This document shows, piece by piece, positions 34,163 to 46,900 of a stretch of 54,824 bases of DNA. Position 1 is the stretch's first letter. Each line of letters starts with the position of its first letter. Source of the DNA: a virus (Duplodnaviria > Caudoviricetes); IMG/VR virus record IMGVR_UViG_3300031602_000003, positions 1 to 54,824 of that record. One strand, given 5' to 3'. Made by a program: the position numbers and the translations under genes. The notes under the pieces were generated by a model, which saw nothing but the letters and a program-made list of their open reading frames with translations, made no database searches and was not told the origin of the DNA.

Positions 34163-35074
34163 ATGTCAACTATTTCAACTGCCCATCTCACTGAACAAGA
34201 CCTCGAAGGCACAGGCGTCTTCGATATATTAATGGATGCTACGAAGCAGCATATTAAAACAGAGTTTGATGCAAATAGGGTGACTGGTGCTGATTACGCC
34301 CAATTATATTCAACAGCTATCACAAATGTGTTGCAACAAAGTATTGCTTTTCTTTTGAATAAAGAAATTAATGATAAGCAAGCAGATTTGTTAACAGCAC
34401 AAATATCTAAGTTAGTCAAAGACGAAGACCTAGTAGATCAACAGATACTACAGAGCGTACAACAAACAGAGCTACTAGAGGCCCAAGTAAGTTTAGCTTA
34501 TGCACAGATACAAGACACAGTGAATATTAAAGACGTTTCAACTACTGTTACTGGTTTGGTGAGTCGTCAAAGACTACAAACAGAAGCAGAGACAGCACTT
34601 GTAGGTACACAGAAAAATGTAGCCCTTGCGCAGATCCTTGATAATGTCACAACTACTCCTGGTGTCGTAACAGGTTCTATAGGCGCTCAGAATGCGGCAG
34701 TTACTGCACAGAAAGCCAACGTAGTCTCTGAGAACGCTAACATTGGTAAAGCAGGACTAAAAATAGATGCTGAGAAATCACTACTAGTACAGAAAACGGT
34801 ATCCGAATTAGCTCAAACAGAGGATGATGCTACAGGTACTGGTGGATCCCTCAATGAAGGTTTGATCGGCAAACAGAAACTGCTTTATGTAGCACAGACA
34901 GACGGCTTTGCTAGAGATGCAGAACAAAAGTTTGCTAAGATTGCGTCAGACATGTGGGCAGTTGCTTACACAGTTGAAGGGACAACCTTTGGGTATCCTG
35001 CAGGTTGGTCAGGCGCAGACATCAATACCATACTCAATAAGGTGGCAACAGGAATAGGCGTTTCGACTGGATAA
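34163..35074 (+). CDS. N4 gp54-like structural (tail tube) protein
   Basis: GTGVFDILM, RVTGADYA, GLIGKQKLLY..Q..GF.RDAEQK. Confidence 0.85.
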   Translation: MSTISTAHLTEQDLEGTGVFDILMDATKQHIKTEFDANRVTGADYAQLYSTAITNVLQQSIAFLLNKEINDKQADLLTAQISKLVKDEDLVDQQILQSVQQTELLEAQVSLAYAQIQDTVNIKDVSTTVTGLVSRQRLQTEAETALVGTQKNVALAQILDNVTTTPGVVTGSIGAQNAAVTAQKANVVSENANIGKAGLKIDAEKSLLVQKTVSELAQTEDDATGTGGSLNEGLIGKQKLLYVAQTDGFARDAEQKFAKIASDMWAVAYTVEGTTFGYPAGWSGADINTILNKVATGIGVSTG

Positions 35075-35084
35075 GGGATAACCA

Positions 35085-37382
35085 ATGGTACAAGCAATAT
35101 CGGTCAATACTTCAGTGCAGGAAGTGTTTAATGGATCCGCTCCAGATAGAAAAAGTAATCTAATTGCAGCTATTATAGGTGGTTGGGATATCCCAATAAC
35201 TCTTGTGCAAGACTTATCTCGTGGAGCTGAATTTACAGAAAAGTCTGAAAGGTACTATGATTTAGGCGCAGCCTCAGAAAAAATTGGACTGCCTATTCCG
35301 TTTAATTTTTCAGCCTCTGATGAAACCGAGTTAGAGTATAGGCCTGCAGTTAAATCAATTATTGCTGTAGAAGATAGTATCTCTGACGAAAATAACATCA
35401 TAATATTCGATTTAGAAATTACATATGTAAATAAGTATCGGCTTCTGCAAGAAGCCGTACAGGATATGGCCACCTATCTTTTACCATCACAAAGCTTTCA
35501 AGCTAACGATGCATACTATCCTTTAACAAATGGTACCCCTAGGTGGACTAGTACTTCAGACACATCTCTAGATATAGAGTTATCTCCTGAGTGGTCTAGA
35601 TCGTATAGTAGTATGCCTGCTGATATAAACGTCAGTACAAATATACCTTATAAAGCTGGAAACACCGTCTATGTAACTGCACGTTATTATTATAAATTAA
35701 ATACCCCAGGAAAATCTGGGCAAGATAATGTCACTTACCTACGAACATGGAATTATCAAAATGATACAAGTAGTGTGGCACCATATGCCTCTATTAATGT
35801 AGATACTTCACTTATACAGGGTGGGGAGTTCTACCCAATTCTTCCATTTAGAATTAATGGGGTTTGGGCCGAAGATAGCCCATACTTCAAGGACACATTC
35901 CCTACTATTACAGCCACAATGCTTGCTGTGGGTCTCGGATATGAAGACTTGAAGAAAGCAGTTAATCCTGAGAATGCTCCGGGCTGGACATCAAATGATA
36001 TGCCCTTAGAAGATTTAGATGATGCCGTGTTATTATTTGGGGTGGATATGTCTCTTGATGAGGATATATTTAATAGATATCTTTTCCAAGCGTTCCTGTC
36101 TTACCACTACAGCTTAGCAGGTGCTACTCAAGCTGAATGGTATACTTGGAGAAACAATAGTAGTTGGGAAACCTTAAACAGACCAAGGAATATGATTGAA
36201 ATACGCACAAGTACTTTGGTCTTTAGGCTAGAGTATCAGTGGTCAAGTGTGCAAGTAAGAACAGGTAATATATCTACAGACTCGCTCTACAGTGCTACAT
36301 CTAATTTACCTAACCAACCGGGAACAGTAAATCCTGTTACAGAGCCTGCATCTACTGCGGGGCAAGTAGTAAGACTACAGCATGAGGGGACAGAGTACGA
36401 GGGTTCCCAAAGTGGTATCCATAGAGAAGATAGGTTAGTCTTAAGAAAGCCCCTCGGCACTAGTACAACACAATATATAGAGGTAGTAGTGTTTGGGTTG
36501 AATGGAATATATGACGTACAGCGCAATGGCTGGCAAGAAGAGGGCCAGTTTAGGGTGTTTATGTATGGGGACAGAAATTGGAGTAATGGCAACATGGTGT
36601 TGCCATTAAGCCGAGACTTTGTAAGGAAATTTAATAAAGAAGATGAAGAAGAAATCTTATATAGAACCCTGCAGATCATGCTCTATGCGTCCAATGTGCA
36701 CAGCCTTGGGTTTTTTCAAAGCAATCTGTTTAAATTTGGCTTCTTCATATTTCAGATAATTACAGCATTTATACCTATGGTAGGATTTGCGAATGCATAT
36801 TTAAGTGCTGTTGCCACTGAAGGATTTAAAGCAGCAACATGGGCGGCACTTGTAAAAGGGTTTGAGAAATTAGGGGAACTACTTGTTCTGACTATTAAAG
36901 TTGGTGTAGTCTCATTTATGGCAATAGAGATATTTGGTATGGATGTTGGTCTTGTAATGTATGCAGCTATAACAGTAATAGCTGGATATGCATTAATAAG
37001 TGAAACAGCTGTTCTAGGGTTAACTGCAGTAGAACTAGCAACTGCTGCCCATGCAGTAGATCTAGCAGTTAATCTTCATATTACTAAAAATTATATGGAA
37101 CTTTCAGATGATATCAAAGATTACGATAAGTCTTTAAAAGAAAAACAAGACGCAATGAAGGATGAAGTAGATGGGTTAGGTGTTGATTATACTCTAAGTA
37201 GTATATCAATTATCCGGGCGCCTCAAAAGAACGAAGCTAACGAAACAGTAACAGGATTCTACAATAGGACTATACTTACTAAGAATGTAGGTGTATTGTC
37301 TCTGTTAGCTGTACAAACAGCGGTATCAGGTAAACTTGAATTACCTTTACCAGATTATAATCTAGGAACGAGGTACGCATAA
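35085..37382 (+). CDS. N4 gp53-like structural protein
   Basis: Synteny; FYPILPFR motif; hydrophobic C-terminal third. Confidence 0.75.
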   Translation: MVQAISVNTSVQEVFNGSAPDRKSNLIAAIIGGWDIPITLVQDLSRGAEFTEKSERYYDLGAASEKIGLPIPFNFSASDETELEYRPAVKSIIAVEDSISDENNIIIFDLEITYVNKYRLLQEAVQDMATYLLPSQSFQANDAYYPLTNGTPRWTSTSDTSLDIELSPEWSRSYSSMPADINVSTNIPYKAGNTVYVTARYYYKLNTPGKSGQDNVTYLRTWNYQNDTSSVAPYASINVDTSLIQGGEFYPILPFRINGVWAEDSPYFKDTFPTITATMLAVGLGYEDLKKAVNPENAPGWTSNDMPLEDLDDAVLLFGVDMSLDEDIFNRYLFQAFLSYHYSLAGATQAEWYTWRNNSSWETLNRPRNMIEIRTSTLVFRLEYQWSSVQVRTGNISTDSLYSATSNLPNQPGTVNPVTEPASTAGQVVRLQHEGTEYEGSQSGIHREDRLVLRKPLGTSTTQYIEVVVFGLNGIYDVQRNGWQEEGQFRVFMYGDRNWSNGNMVLPLSRDFVRKFNKEDEEEILYRTLQIMLYASNVHSLGFFQSNLFKFGFFIFQIITAFIPMVGFANAYLSAVATEGFKAATWAALVKGFEKLGELLVLTIKVGVVSFMAIEIFGMDVGLVMYAAITVIAGYALISETAVLGLTAVELATAAHAVDLAVNLHITKNYMELSDDIKDYDKSLKEKQDAMKDEVDGLGVDYTLSSISIIRAPQKNEANETVTGFYNRTILTKNVGVLSLLAVQTAVSGKLELPLPDYNLGTRYA

Positions 37383-37975
37383 TGGCATTCGGTGATAATA
37401 CGAGCATTGCATCAGACTTTGCAGGGGGCACGGACACAAAGGGACTATTTAAGAGATACGCTGAAATTAATAAAAATCCCGGAGACAGGTCATTTGCGTC
37501 TAGAATTATTAATCCTGATGGAATTCCAGGTAATGGTGATATATTCAGTACAAACCCTTTTGGGAAGTCTGGTTTATTTGGAGAAGAGGGGTTTTTCTCA
37601 GCAGGGAACCTAGGGAAATATGGTGATTTAGCAAAAGGCGCTGCAGGATTGTTTAATGCTTATAATGCAAATAGACAATTTGGGTTGGATAAACAAAAGC
37701 AAGCTTTTTTCCAAGAAGCTACTACTAACCAACTTAATAATAATGTACTGCAAGCTAATAAAGATGACGGCAACAAGCTTGCCTTTAATCTCAATAGAGA
37801 GGCTGCTAATATAGCTGACGGCTATGTACCGCCACCGAATCAGTATCAAGGGGCGTATAATGCTACAGGATTCCAAACGCTTGGAAATACGCCTAAAGAT
37901 GAAAGTCTTTACGGCCCTTCCTCTGGACTAGGAAGTGTAACGCAAAAAGAGTACCCACGAAGAGCTCTTACATAA
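37382..37975 (+). CDS. N4 gp52-like ejection protein
   Basis: Synteny; Gly-rich amphipathic helix GAAGLFNAYNANRQFGLDKQKQAF. Confidence 0.7.
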   Translation: MAFGDNTSIASDFAGGTDTKGLFKRYAEINKNPGDRSFASRIINPDGIPGNGDIFSTNPFGKSGLFGEEGFFSAGNLGKYGDLAKGAAGLFNAYNANRQFGLDKQKQAFFQEATTNQLNNNVLQANKDDGNKLAFNLNREAANIADGYVPPPNQYQGAYNATGFQTLGNTPKDESLYGPSSGLGSVTQKEYPRRALT

Positions 37976-38019
37976 TTTAATAGACAATAAAACTACTAAC
38001 TAATATCTAGGAACATATC

Positions 38020-40992
38020 ATGGCATTTAAACCTATCTCGATTGCACAGCCTGCTAATAGCTTGCGTAGCTCTAATGCTTTAAGCGAAGCAGTGACGGCT
38101 GCAGGACAAACTTTTAGTGAGCTGGGGAATAAATACCAAGGCTTTAGAGATACTGATAATCTATCAAACTTCAAGCAGGAGTTTCAGGGCTTAACTCCAG
38201 AAGAAGTAGACGCAAAACTAGCTAACGGTACTGATTATCAAGATAAATTTAATTTACGTGATAGTGTGTATAACACCGCTGCTAATGCATTGCCTGAAGA
38301 AGCTGTTACATACCAGGCTTTGCAGGAAAAAAATCAAAGCAACAATGTAATGAAAGACATTAATGGCCTATTGCAAAAAGGCGAAAATAATGAGGCTATG
38401 GAGCTATGGGGCAATTTTGGTGGTAATGTACAGGCTAACGCCGCAAATGAAGGTTTCATTGATAAGCTAACAGGGATGAGAACCGCTGCACAGACAGAGG
38501 ATATCAAAGGGAAGCTTGGATACGTCAATCTTAAAGACTATCAGGCAAACATAGAAGCCAGTAACTCTGTTAATGCCGTGACAGCTCTTGACGCAAATAT
38601 AGCAGAGAGCCCTGATTTAGCCGGCCTTGTAGAACTCAATGAAAATAATCGAGCTGTCCTAACATCAGAGGGTAAAAAATTACCTAAAGATCAACAGGAG
38701 ATGTTACAGGGTGTACTAAAGAATATTGATAATGATATAACCGAAGCTGGGCAAGTTAATCCTCATTCACAAGTAGCAATGAGAAAACATTTAAAAGAGC
38801 AAGTAGAGGCAGCCAATCCACAGCTGACCCCCAGTGAAGTCGAGACTCAAGTAAATGGCTTATTAGAAATTAATACGGCAGCTACTACCAACAGCACTAA
38901 TGAACTCACAAAGATAGAAGATGATTTAAAAGTCTATGACAGGCTTCAATCAACAGATATTGCAGCTAAAAGAGCTAGTCTAGCTCTAGAGGTAAGTCTT
39001 AATCCTTCTGTATTGCCTGATTCTGCTGCAGCTAAACTAGCCAACGAAACTGCACTTGTAGAGTACATTGGGGGAGTAAGTTCCACTGATGGGCAGGCGG
39101 CAGCACAAGAGAAAACAGACGCGATGCTTTTAGCTGGTTGGACTGAGGGCGAAGTGATGCTTTTTCTAAAGAAAGCCTCAGACAAAGGAGATGATTCTTC
39201 GTTTGCGTGGAGACAAGACAAAGAAATAATATCAGGTAGAATGGATGATATTGCTGCTGAGTTTTTAAAAAGAAAAGTAAAGGAAAATGATCCTGCTGGC
39301 TTAAACCAAATAAAACAGTTTAATGAAGAAAACACTCGGAGTATCTCTGCAAAGCAACAAGCTCTGTCACTTCAAGAGGCCGCATCTGGACAAAAAAGAG
39401 ATGACGAAGAATTTAGGTTACAGCAAAAATACATAACAGAGCGTGGTGGAGATGGTTTGGGTAGGGGCGCTTCGCCGTTTGCTAAACGCCAACGCAATGC
39501 TCGGTTTAAAGGAAAACCTAATCCAACGGAAGACGCAAAGTTTATAAAAGGGTCAGTACCACCTAAAGACACACAGGTGGATGTTAGTGGCCCTTCTCTT
39601 GAAGAGATAGCGAAAAAGGAAGAAGCTAAGGCAGCTGCAACCATAGCCAAAGCCACCGCTGCAGCCTCTAAAGCAGCGAATTCTAACGACCCGGTGGTAG
39701 TAAAAGCTGCTGCTGATAGGACAACAGCTATAGAGCGTCAGTTAAAAAGTGAGGGGTACGCCCCAAGACAGATGAGTGAAGAAGACGTAAAAGCTCTTCC
39801 TCGATATCAAGAGATAAATGCTGAGATGGAAGAGGCAGACACTGCTAAAAAAGCAGCGGCCTTAAAGAAAACTACAGAAGCGGACGCCCCAGTTATTGCA
39901 AAAGAGCAAAATGTTGCAACTCAGATAGCTGCTTTTGTAAAAAAGAACCCAGCTGCAATGTTCAGTCCAAGATATTCTAAAGAGGTAATGAAACCTTTAA
40001 GAGCTATGGTCGAAGACATAGGCCCAGGCTACATTAAAAGAAAGGTCAGAGAGCTATTGACTGGGAATCAGTCAATGGGTGTTATTGATATGCTGACTAG
40101 AGGCTCTGCCGCAGAAGACATGCTTTCTGCAGAAGACAGTCCATTCAAAGAAATTGCTAAAGACAAGGGAACCATTAGTGCTATCAAATCATTTCTCAAC
40201 ACGGAAAGAAAAGCTGCTAAAAAGGCTCTAATACTGGCTGCTCCTCCTTTACTCAAAATTGGGAACGATGTACCTACACGTTTACGTAGTCGGACAAATA
40301 TCTTTGGTGGTGCTAATCTTGTGCCAGAGAATGAGCGCCTTACTAAAACAGCTCGTGCGGAATTAATAAAGAATAGAAAATTCCATAGAGAAAATCCTGT
40401 ACCGACAACAAACGATACAGGGAGTAATACATTAGAGGCGGCGAGTAGCGCTGTCAAAGTGGCACAAGCCACTGATATTACAATAGACAGCGCGGCTGCC
40501 CGATATCAAAGTGAGTATCATGGCAAAAAATATGCCAATGCTCTTGAGAAGGAGGCTGCAACACAGAAAATACGTGTCAATATGGCTGCCATCGATAGAA
40601 ATGATGGGTCGATGAAGAACCAAGCTGAGATTACAAAGCTGGCTGTAGCGGCGGCTGATGCATTTCCCGGTGTTGACGCTAAACAAGTAGTAAGAACAGC
40701 TATGGCAGAGAGTGGTGGTAAAACGGGAGTTGTTGATCATGGAAATGATCAAACAATAGGGACTTTCGGACTACAAATAGCCACTATTAAAGATCTTATT
40801 AATAATGACAACGGAGGTAAAATCTTTGGTGACAAATCTAAAAAGATTCTAGAGAGTGTTCCTATTAAGCTTGCGGACATCTTAAGTATGCCCCGTGATA
40901 AAATGACTGAATTTTTCATTGGCAATTTACAAATAGCTGCACTATTCTCAGCCGCAGTCTACGGAAGAAAAGTAACCAACCAGAAGGTATAA
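38020..40992 (+). CDS. N4 gp51-like ejection protein with C-terminal lytic-transglycosylase-like domain
   Basis: Synteny before vRNAP; helical A/K/E-rich body; AMAESGG...IGTFGL near the C-terminus. Confidence 0.75.
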   Translation: MAFKPISIAQPANSLRSSNALSEAVTAAGQTFSELGNKYQGFRDTDNLSNFKQEFQGLTPEEVDAKLANGTDYQDKFNLRDSVYNTAANALPEEAVTYQALQEKNQSNNVMKDINGLLQKGENNEAMELWGNFGGNVQANAANEGFIDKLTGMRTAAQTEDIKGKLGYVNLKDYQANIEASNSVNAVTALDANIAESPDLAGLVELNENNRAVLTSEGKKLPKDQQEMLQGVLKNIDNDITEAGQVNPHSQVAMRKHLKEQVEAANPQLTPSEVETQVNGLLEINTAATTNSTNELTKIEDDLKVYDRLQSTDIAAKRASLALEVSLNPSVLPDSAAAKLANETALVEYIGGVSSTDGQAAAQEKTDAMLLAGWTEGEVMLFLKKASDKGDDSSFAWRQDKEIISGRMDDIAAEFLKRKVKENDPAGLNQIKQFNEENTRSISAKQQALSLQEAASGQKRDDEEFRLQQKYITERGGDGLGRGASPFAKRQRNARFKGKPNPTEDAKFIKGSVPPKDTQVDVSGPSLEEIAKKEEAKAAATIAKATAAASKAANSNDPVVVKAAADRTTAIERQLKSEGYAPRQMSEEDVKALPRYQEINAEMEEADTAKKAAALKKTTEADAPVIAKEQNVATQIAAFVKKNPAAMFSPRYSKEVMKPLRAMVEDIGPGYIKRKVRELLTGNQSMGVIDMLTRGSAAEDMLSAEDSPFKEIAKDKGTISAIKSFLNTERKAAKKALILAAPPLLKIGNDVPTRLRSRTNIFGGANLVPENERLTKTARAELIKNRKFHRENPVPTTNDTGSNTLEAASSAVKVAQATDITIDSAAARYQSEYHGKKYANALEKEAATQKIRVNMAAIDRNDGSMKNQAEITKLAVAAADAFPGVDAKQVVRTAMAESGGKTGVVDHGNDQTIGTFGLQIATIKDLINNDNGGKIFGDKSKKILESVPIKLADILSMPRDKMTEFFIGNLQIAALFSAAVYGRKVTNQKV

Positions 40993-40999
40993 TCCACTG

Positions 41000-43900
41000 A
41001 TGCAAGATTTCAGCTCACAAGCTCGATTAAATGACGCTATACAACGTAATCAGCCAGAGGTGGGAAACGCTACTTCTAAGCTGAATAGTGGTATTGCTCG
41101 CAATCAATCCAGCCTTAATGCAGCTATGGCTAAGATAACTGATGGCATAGCTAGAAACGCTCCTGACATTAATCAAGCTACAGCCAAACTAAATAATGGC
41201 ATAGCACGAAATCAGGCAGCAATAGGCGGCTTAATCCCTGCAACAAAGTCAGAAGAAAAAGCAGCACGACTGCCAGAACAGCGCCAAGTTAAAGCTGCAA
41301 GTCTAGGTGAACGTAGTGTGAGCAAGCAAGCAATGCTTACCAATAAGCAAGCAGCGCGGCCATTTCAGGCGCTGGCTCCAAGAGCCCTTGATTCAGACTC
41401 TCTTACAGGTAATAGCACAGTGGATCAGTTTGCCGATGTTCCATTAGGGCTTGCTAAGAATGCTGTAATGGGTGTTCGTATGATTACTGATGCTTTCGGC
41501 GCTAGTAATGAAACCTCTGATATGCTCCAAGGGTATGAAGAGGAAATTGGGAAATTAATGAGTGCGCAATATAATAAAGATGCGCAAGAAATGGAACGTA
41601 TACGCACAGAGGCTATAGGCAAAGGATCATGGGAAGGTGTTAAGGCGGGTATACATGCACTAAGTGTAGCTCCTATAGACACAATAATTGGTGCATTAGG
41701 TACTGCCGCTCCAGCGATTATTGCAGGTGCGGCTGTCACATTAGGCGCCCCAGTGGTAGGCCTTGGGGTTGCAGCAACTGCTACAGTGGGCTCTGCTGTA
41801 GCATTAGGCACAGGCGCCTTAATGGGGGCTGGTGTTACTAAAAGCGCAATATATGAAGCAACTGCAGACGCTTTTAAAGAACAAGGGGTTCCTAAAGAAG
41901 AAGCAGAAGCAATAGCTACAGAGGCCCAAGAATATGGAGGCGAAAATACTGACTCTATTCTTACAGGTGCAGCATTAGGTTATATTGCTACTAGATTTGG
42001 TATTGACCCAAAGCTTGTGAGTGGTGCTTCGAAACTTGTTGCTTCGAAACTTGCTGCTAAAGAGGCAGCAGAAAAAATAGCTAAAAAGATTGCTGAAGAA
42101 GGCACCAAAAAAGGTGCTTTAAAAAAACTAGCTAAAGATGCAGTAGAGGAGGGTATCCCAGAAGCATTTCAGGGAGGCCATGAAGTATTTGCAGGTAATC
42201 TGGCCAAGCAAAGAGAAGGCATTGATACGGACTTATCAGAAGGTGTGGCTTTTGGCGCAACTCTTGAAGGATTTGCAGGGGGTGGTGTAGGTGTTGGCGG
42301 AGGAGGTATTGGGCTTACTGCAAGAACTGCTGTTGATGGAGTTAAAGGCACTATCAATGCAGGCAAGAAAACAGTAAAGGGTGTTAAGAAAGCTAAAGCA
42401 CAGATATTTGGGGAAGATAAATCTGGTAAAAAAGGCACATTCCAACAAATCAAAGAAGGTGTTATTGATATTGCAAATACTGCTGCTGATTTTGTTGCAG
42501 AAGGCAAAGCCGCAGTTAAAGATGCTGTTAAAGTAGAAGCAGAAGTTAAGAGTGATAGATCTGTTGAAGAGGCTATTCAAGAAGATAATAAAGATCTCAC
42601 AGCAAGAGAGAAGGTGGATGTCGCAACCCATAAGTCTGTAAGACCGGGCAAGGATGCTTCACCAGCAGAAGTACTAACCTTTAGAGACAATGCGATGAAT
42701 GCATTGCTGCAGTATTATACAGAGTTAAAAGACAGCCGTGATGCACTGATCTCTGATCCTGATGCAGCAACAGTGGATCCTGATCAAAAGAAGGCTTACA
42801 AGTTCCAAGAGGGAATGAATGTTATACTGGCTCGTATGAATGAGCTAGGCGCTGTTATTCAAGAAGAAGGGACTGAGGCCACACAGTTTAATACAATTTT
42901 GGATTCGATTAAAGAGCACAAAGAAGTGCCAAGTGAAATTGCTTTAATGCTAGGTACTACAGGTGGGCAAGGACTTACTACTGAGGAATTAAAGAAAGCA
43001 CAGTTAGAATTGCCTTTTGATGCTGACCAAACAGCTACAGTTGAGAATCAAATTGCTATAAATGACACAGTTTCAAAAGCATATAAGACTAACGCAGAAA
43101 CCAATAAAGATAATAAAAGAGCAGAAGAAGTAAGCTTGGAGATTATTGATGGTTCAAGTAAGAATGCTGGCTTTAAAACATACCACCAAAGAATTGTAAT
43201 TGGCGTAAAGACTGGTTCTCTGGTTGTAGCTAATAAAGCGTATGAAGGATTACAGTCCTTTGTAAAACTACAGCAAACTAAGTTGGCTGCTTTTCAAGAA
43301 GTTAGTAATTTAGGTGATAAATTAGCAAATGACATCGGTAACAAAGCTGTAAGAAAACAGTATAATGCAGCTAAGGCAGCATTAAAAAAGAATCACAAAT
43401 TTACTTTCTTGCACAAAGGAGGCCTTGTGAAAACTATGGCCTTGATCCAAGCAGAGGTTACTGCAGGGCAGGCTATAGCTAAACAAGCCAAACATATCCT
43501 AAAGACCGGAGCGAAGGTTGGCAGTACATCACAAAGCGGCGGAGCCGCTGTAGTGAATGATACAGTCCCAGCAGAGCTTCGGGAGTTAGTTGACGGACAA
43601 AAGAAAACTTTTGCTGCTCTAGGCAGCACAAAAGCCAAATTAAAGAAACTTCTTGCAAAAGCTGAAAAAGCGTTTGAAAAAGATAAGGAGTCTTTGGATA
43701 ATAAAGTAAATGTTCTAGCCTTAAAAGAAATGCTGGGCATAATTAAAGTATCTGAAAAGTCTACAGATAACGACACTGTTCCTCCAACAGCAAACCTAGA
43801 AACACAGTATAGTGATGCTGTGACAGTCTTACTTGCTCTCACTGCTGAGCAGAAGAAGCATATAGTAGATAAAGATGGATCTCGTATCCTAAAAGGGACT

Positions 43901-46900
43901 TGGGAAGGCATCTATGAATTTATAGAAGCACAAAGCAAGACTGACGTAAAACAAGAAGACAGTATGCAAAGCATTGTTGACTTTGTTAAAGATGACCTTC
44001 CTGGTTTACTAAAAAGCTTCCAGAAGTCCAAGGGTGACGAAGCAACAGTTATAAAAGAGGCTGATGCAGTCAACCCGCCGGTTGAACCGGGCGGGGAGAC
44101 AAGCCCAGCCGTAGCTTTGAGAACTATGGTGAAGCTTAGAAGAGATATAACGAAGCTAGTACAAATAAAGAAAAAAACCCCAGAGCAACAAAGTGCGTTA
44201 AACGCAAACTTCGTAGAACACAGAGCTCGTTACAAGAGAGCAGAAAAGTATTTAAAGACTATTAAGATTACTCCAATAATCCAAGGGCTAATGGACAAAA
44301 TAACGGAGGCCTCAGACGCAAAGAAATCTGACTTTGCTTCGAAAAGTAATTTGATGGCTAGAATAGAGGGCGACACGCTATATCAAAAATGGCTTAAAGG
44401 TAATCCTACGCCCACTGTAAATAGCAAGAAAACTAACACCGAGAATAAATTTAAAAAGAAATATAAAGGCAAGCCTAAAAAAGAGCTAACATTGCTTGAA
44501 ACACTAAAGAAGAAGTTCCAAGTAAAATCAGGGGTAGCTAAAAGAAAGCTTGCAGTAGCGAGCTTTAAATTATCTGCTGCGAATATATATGTTGGTCGCG
44601 CACAAAACTCTATTCTTATGAAAATTATAGAAGGAGAGCTTGACTCAGGCAACAATGGGGTAGCATACGATTCTGATGATGTAGTTTTTGTAGGCACAGA
44701 TACAGGTAAGGGGGCCAACAGTCCTATTAGTAATGAGAAGTTTACTGGTGTATATAAAGAACTAGACCTAGCTATGGAAGCAGGCGCTAGTATCATAACT
44801 GATTGGAATGGTATCACTCCCGCAGAGATAGCGGTGGCAGCGATACTTACAAAGAATGGTTATACTGCAGAGCAAGTTGTAGACCCAACAACTGTTAAAG
44901 ATAACCTTACTCCTATTAGCTACAGCAAGTGGACTAAGACAGAGGAGATTATTACTAACAAGCAAGAGTCTCTTAAAAATGAGAGTTTTAACTTAACTGA
45001 ATCTATCTTGGAAGAGGGCGGTAAGGATTTTGACGTACCTGCTGATTCTCCTGTTAAAAGTAGAGGTACTGCTCTAGGCAATCTATTTAATAAGCGACCT
45101 AAGTCTGATACAAAGCTATTTTCAAATGTACTCCATACAGTTAGGAACTGGGCTACAAGAGTAGAAGGTAATGTAGAGAAGCTTAATCCTCAGCTAAATA
45201 AAAAAGAGCTGAAAATGGTTGAGAACTTTTTAGAATTTAATAAAAAGATGACCGACATTTACACAATTGAAACAGTGCAGGATGGTAAAACTGTACTTCC
45301 TTTGCTTGAGCCTTTTAAAGATGAGCAACAAAGAGAGTTCAAAAGAGGCAATGTAATACAATTGTTTTACACAGAAAAGGCCGATAGCCTGATAGGAAAA
45401 GATAAGCCAAGTATTGATTTGATGGATCCAAATGTAATTACCCAATTAAATGCAGTGTTATACAGATGGATGGGTACTTTTGGTAAGGGCACGCTCCGCA
45501 GTACTAAATCAGATGTACAACAAATATTCGGAATTAGAAAATCTAAACTCACTCCAACAGATGAAATGTATGATTTAGTTGGTGAAGAGGGTACATCCTT
45601 TATTACGACAGCAGAAAATCTAGGTATGGATGCATTAGCATCTTTGGGTTTAAGCCCTAAAGAGAGTACAGGAGAAACCTTTGAAAGTAAAACTGCTCAA
45701 GCACTCGGAGCATTAATGTTAAACGCCGGGTTACAAAGTAACTTGTTAGAAATGAATAGTGTTGCTAGAAAGGATATCTCTGACCTAACAGCTAGGTTTA
45801 ACAAGGCCATTGGTATTGATACTAATGATGAAACTTCGGATCTCACTCTTGCAGCTGTGCCTGACCCAAAATTCGCAGGAATAGGGATAAGAAGATTTAT
45901 ACGTGTAGCCAGTCAATTTAAGAAAATAGGTGAGACAGAGGCGGACAGTGATACAGAAGTCGTAAGTAGTGCCGTGCAAGGGTATATTGACAACTATAAG
46001 CTTGGGTCGGACGCCTTTTCTAATCTGTTTGGGTTATCTAAATCCGCTAAAGCACCCTCACTTAAGCCACCATTCATGCAGAATATCGCTCGAACATTAG
46101 GCAACAGCGGGTTGCCTGTTCCTAATTATATAAGAGAAATTCTTTATAAACACAGCCAACAAAAGCATCAGCTTAATGATACACATAGAGCCTTTATGAA
46201 GTTTCCCTTGAATATGCAATTTAGAATGCTTGGTGGTATAGAAAATCTAAGCAACTTACATGTTTCCCGTAGAATGGCTGTTAGAGCGCAAAATGAAGAG
46301 ATTCGTAGATTCCTAGATGGAATGAATACATTTGTTACCACACTTGAGGAAAACCCAAATAAGCTCAATACTGAGTTCTTTTTTACACACGATGTGTGGG
46401 TTAATGCTCGTGTGGGAATCAAAGAAACCATTATGAATCCTCAAGCTAACAAAGCTGCTAGAGCAATGGTGTCTGTGAGTGATGCAGAAACCGAAATGGA
46501 TTTAACAAGCACAGCCGCCAAAGACGTTAGCAATGTACAAGTGTTTTTGTTAGGTATTGCAGAAGTGTTAGGGGTTAACACTAAGCAGAGCAATGATGCG
46601 GATGTGATTCAAGAGTTGCATGATGTAACTAAGAGTAAAGAGTTAAAAACAGCATTGGCTATATTAAAGGATAACTACAGGAATCCAAATAGAGCAATGT
46701 CTATTAAGCAATTAGATGCTGTGTCAACCTCGATTACCAAACTAGGTAAAGGTGCTGCAGGGCTATCTGGATTAGTTGCATATGCACAATATGAAGCAAC
46801 CCAAGAAGATATAGCAGCTAAAGTGGCTAATGCGGGTAAATTTATAACCTCTCTTAGTATAGAGATAGATGGTAGAAATAATGGTGTTGCACATGCTAAT

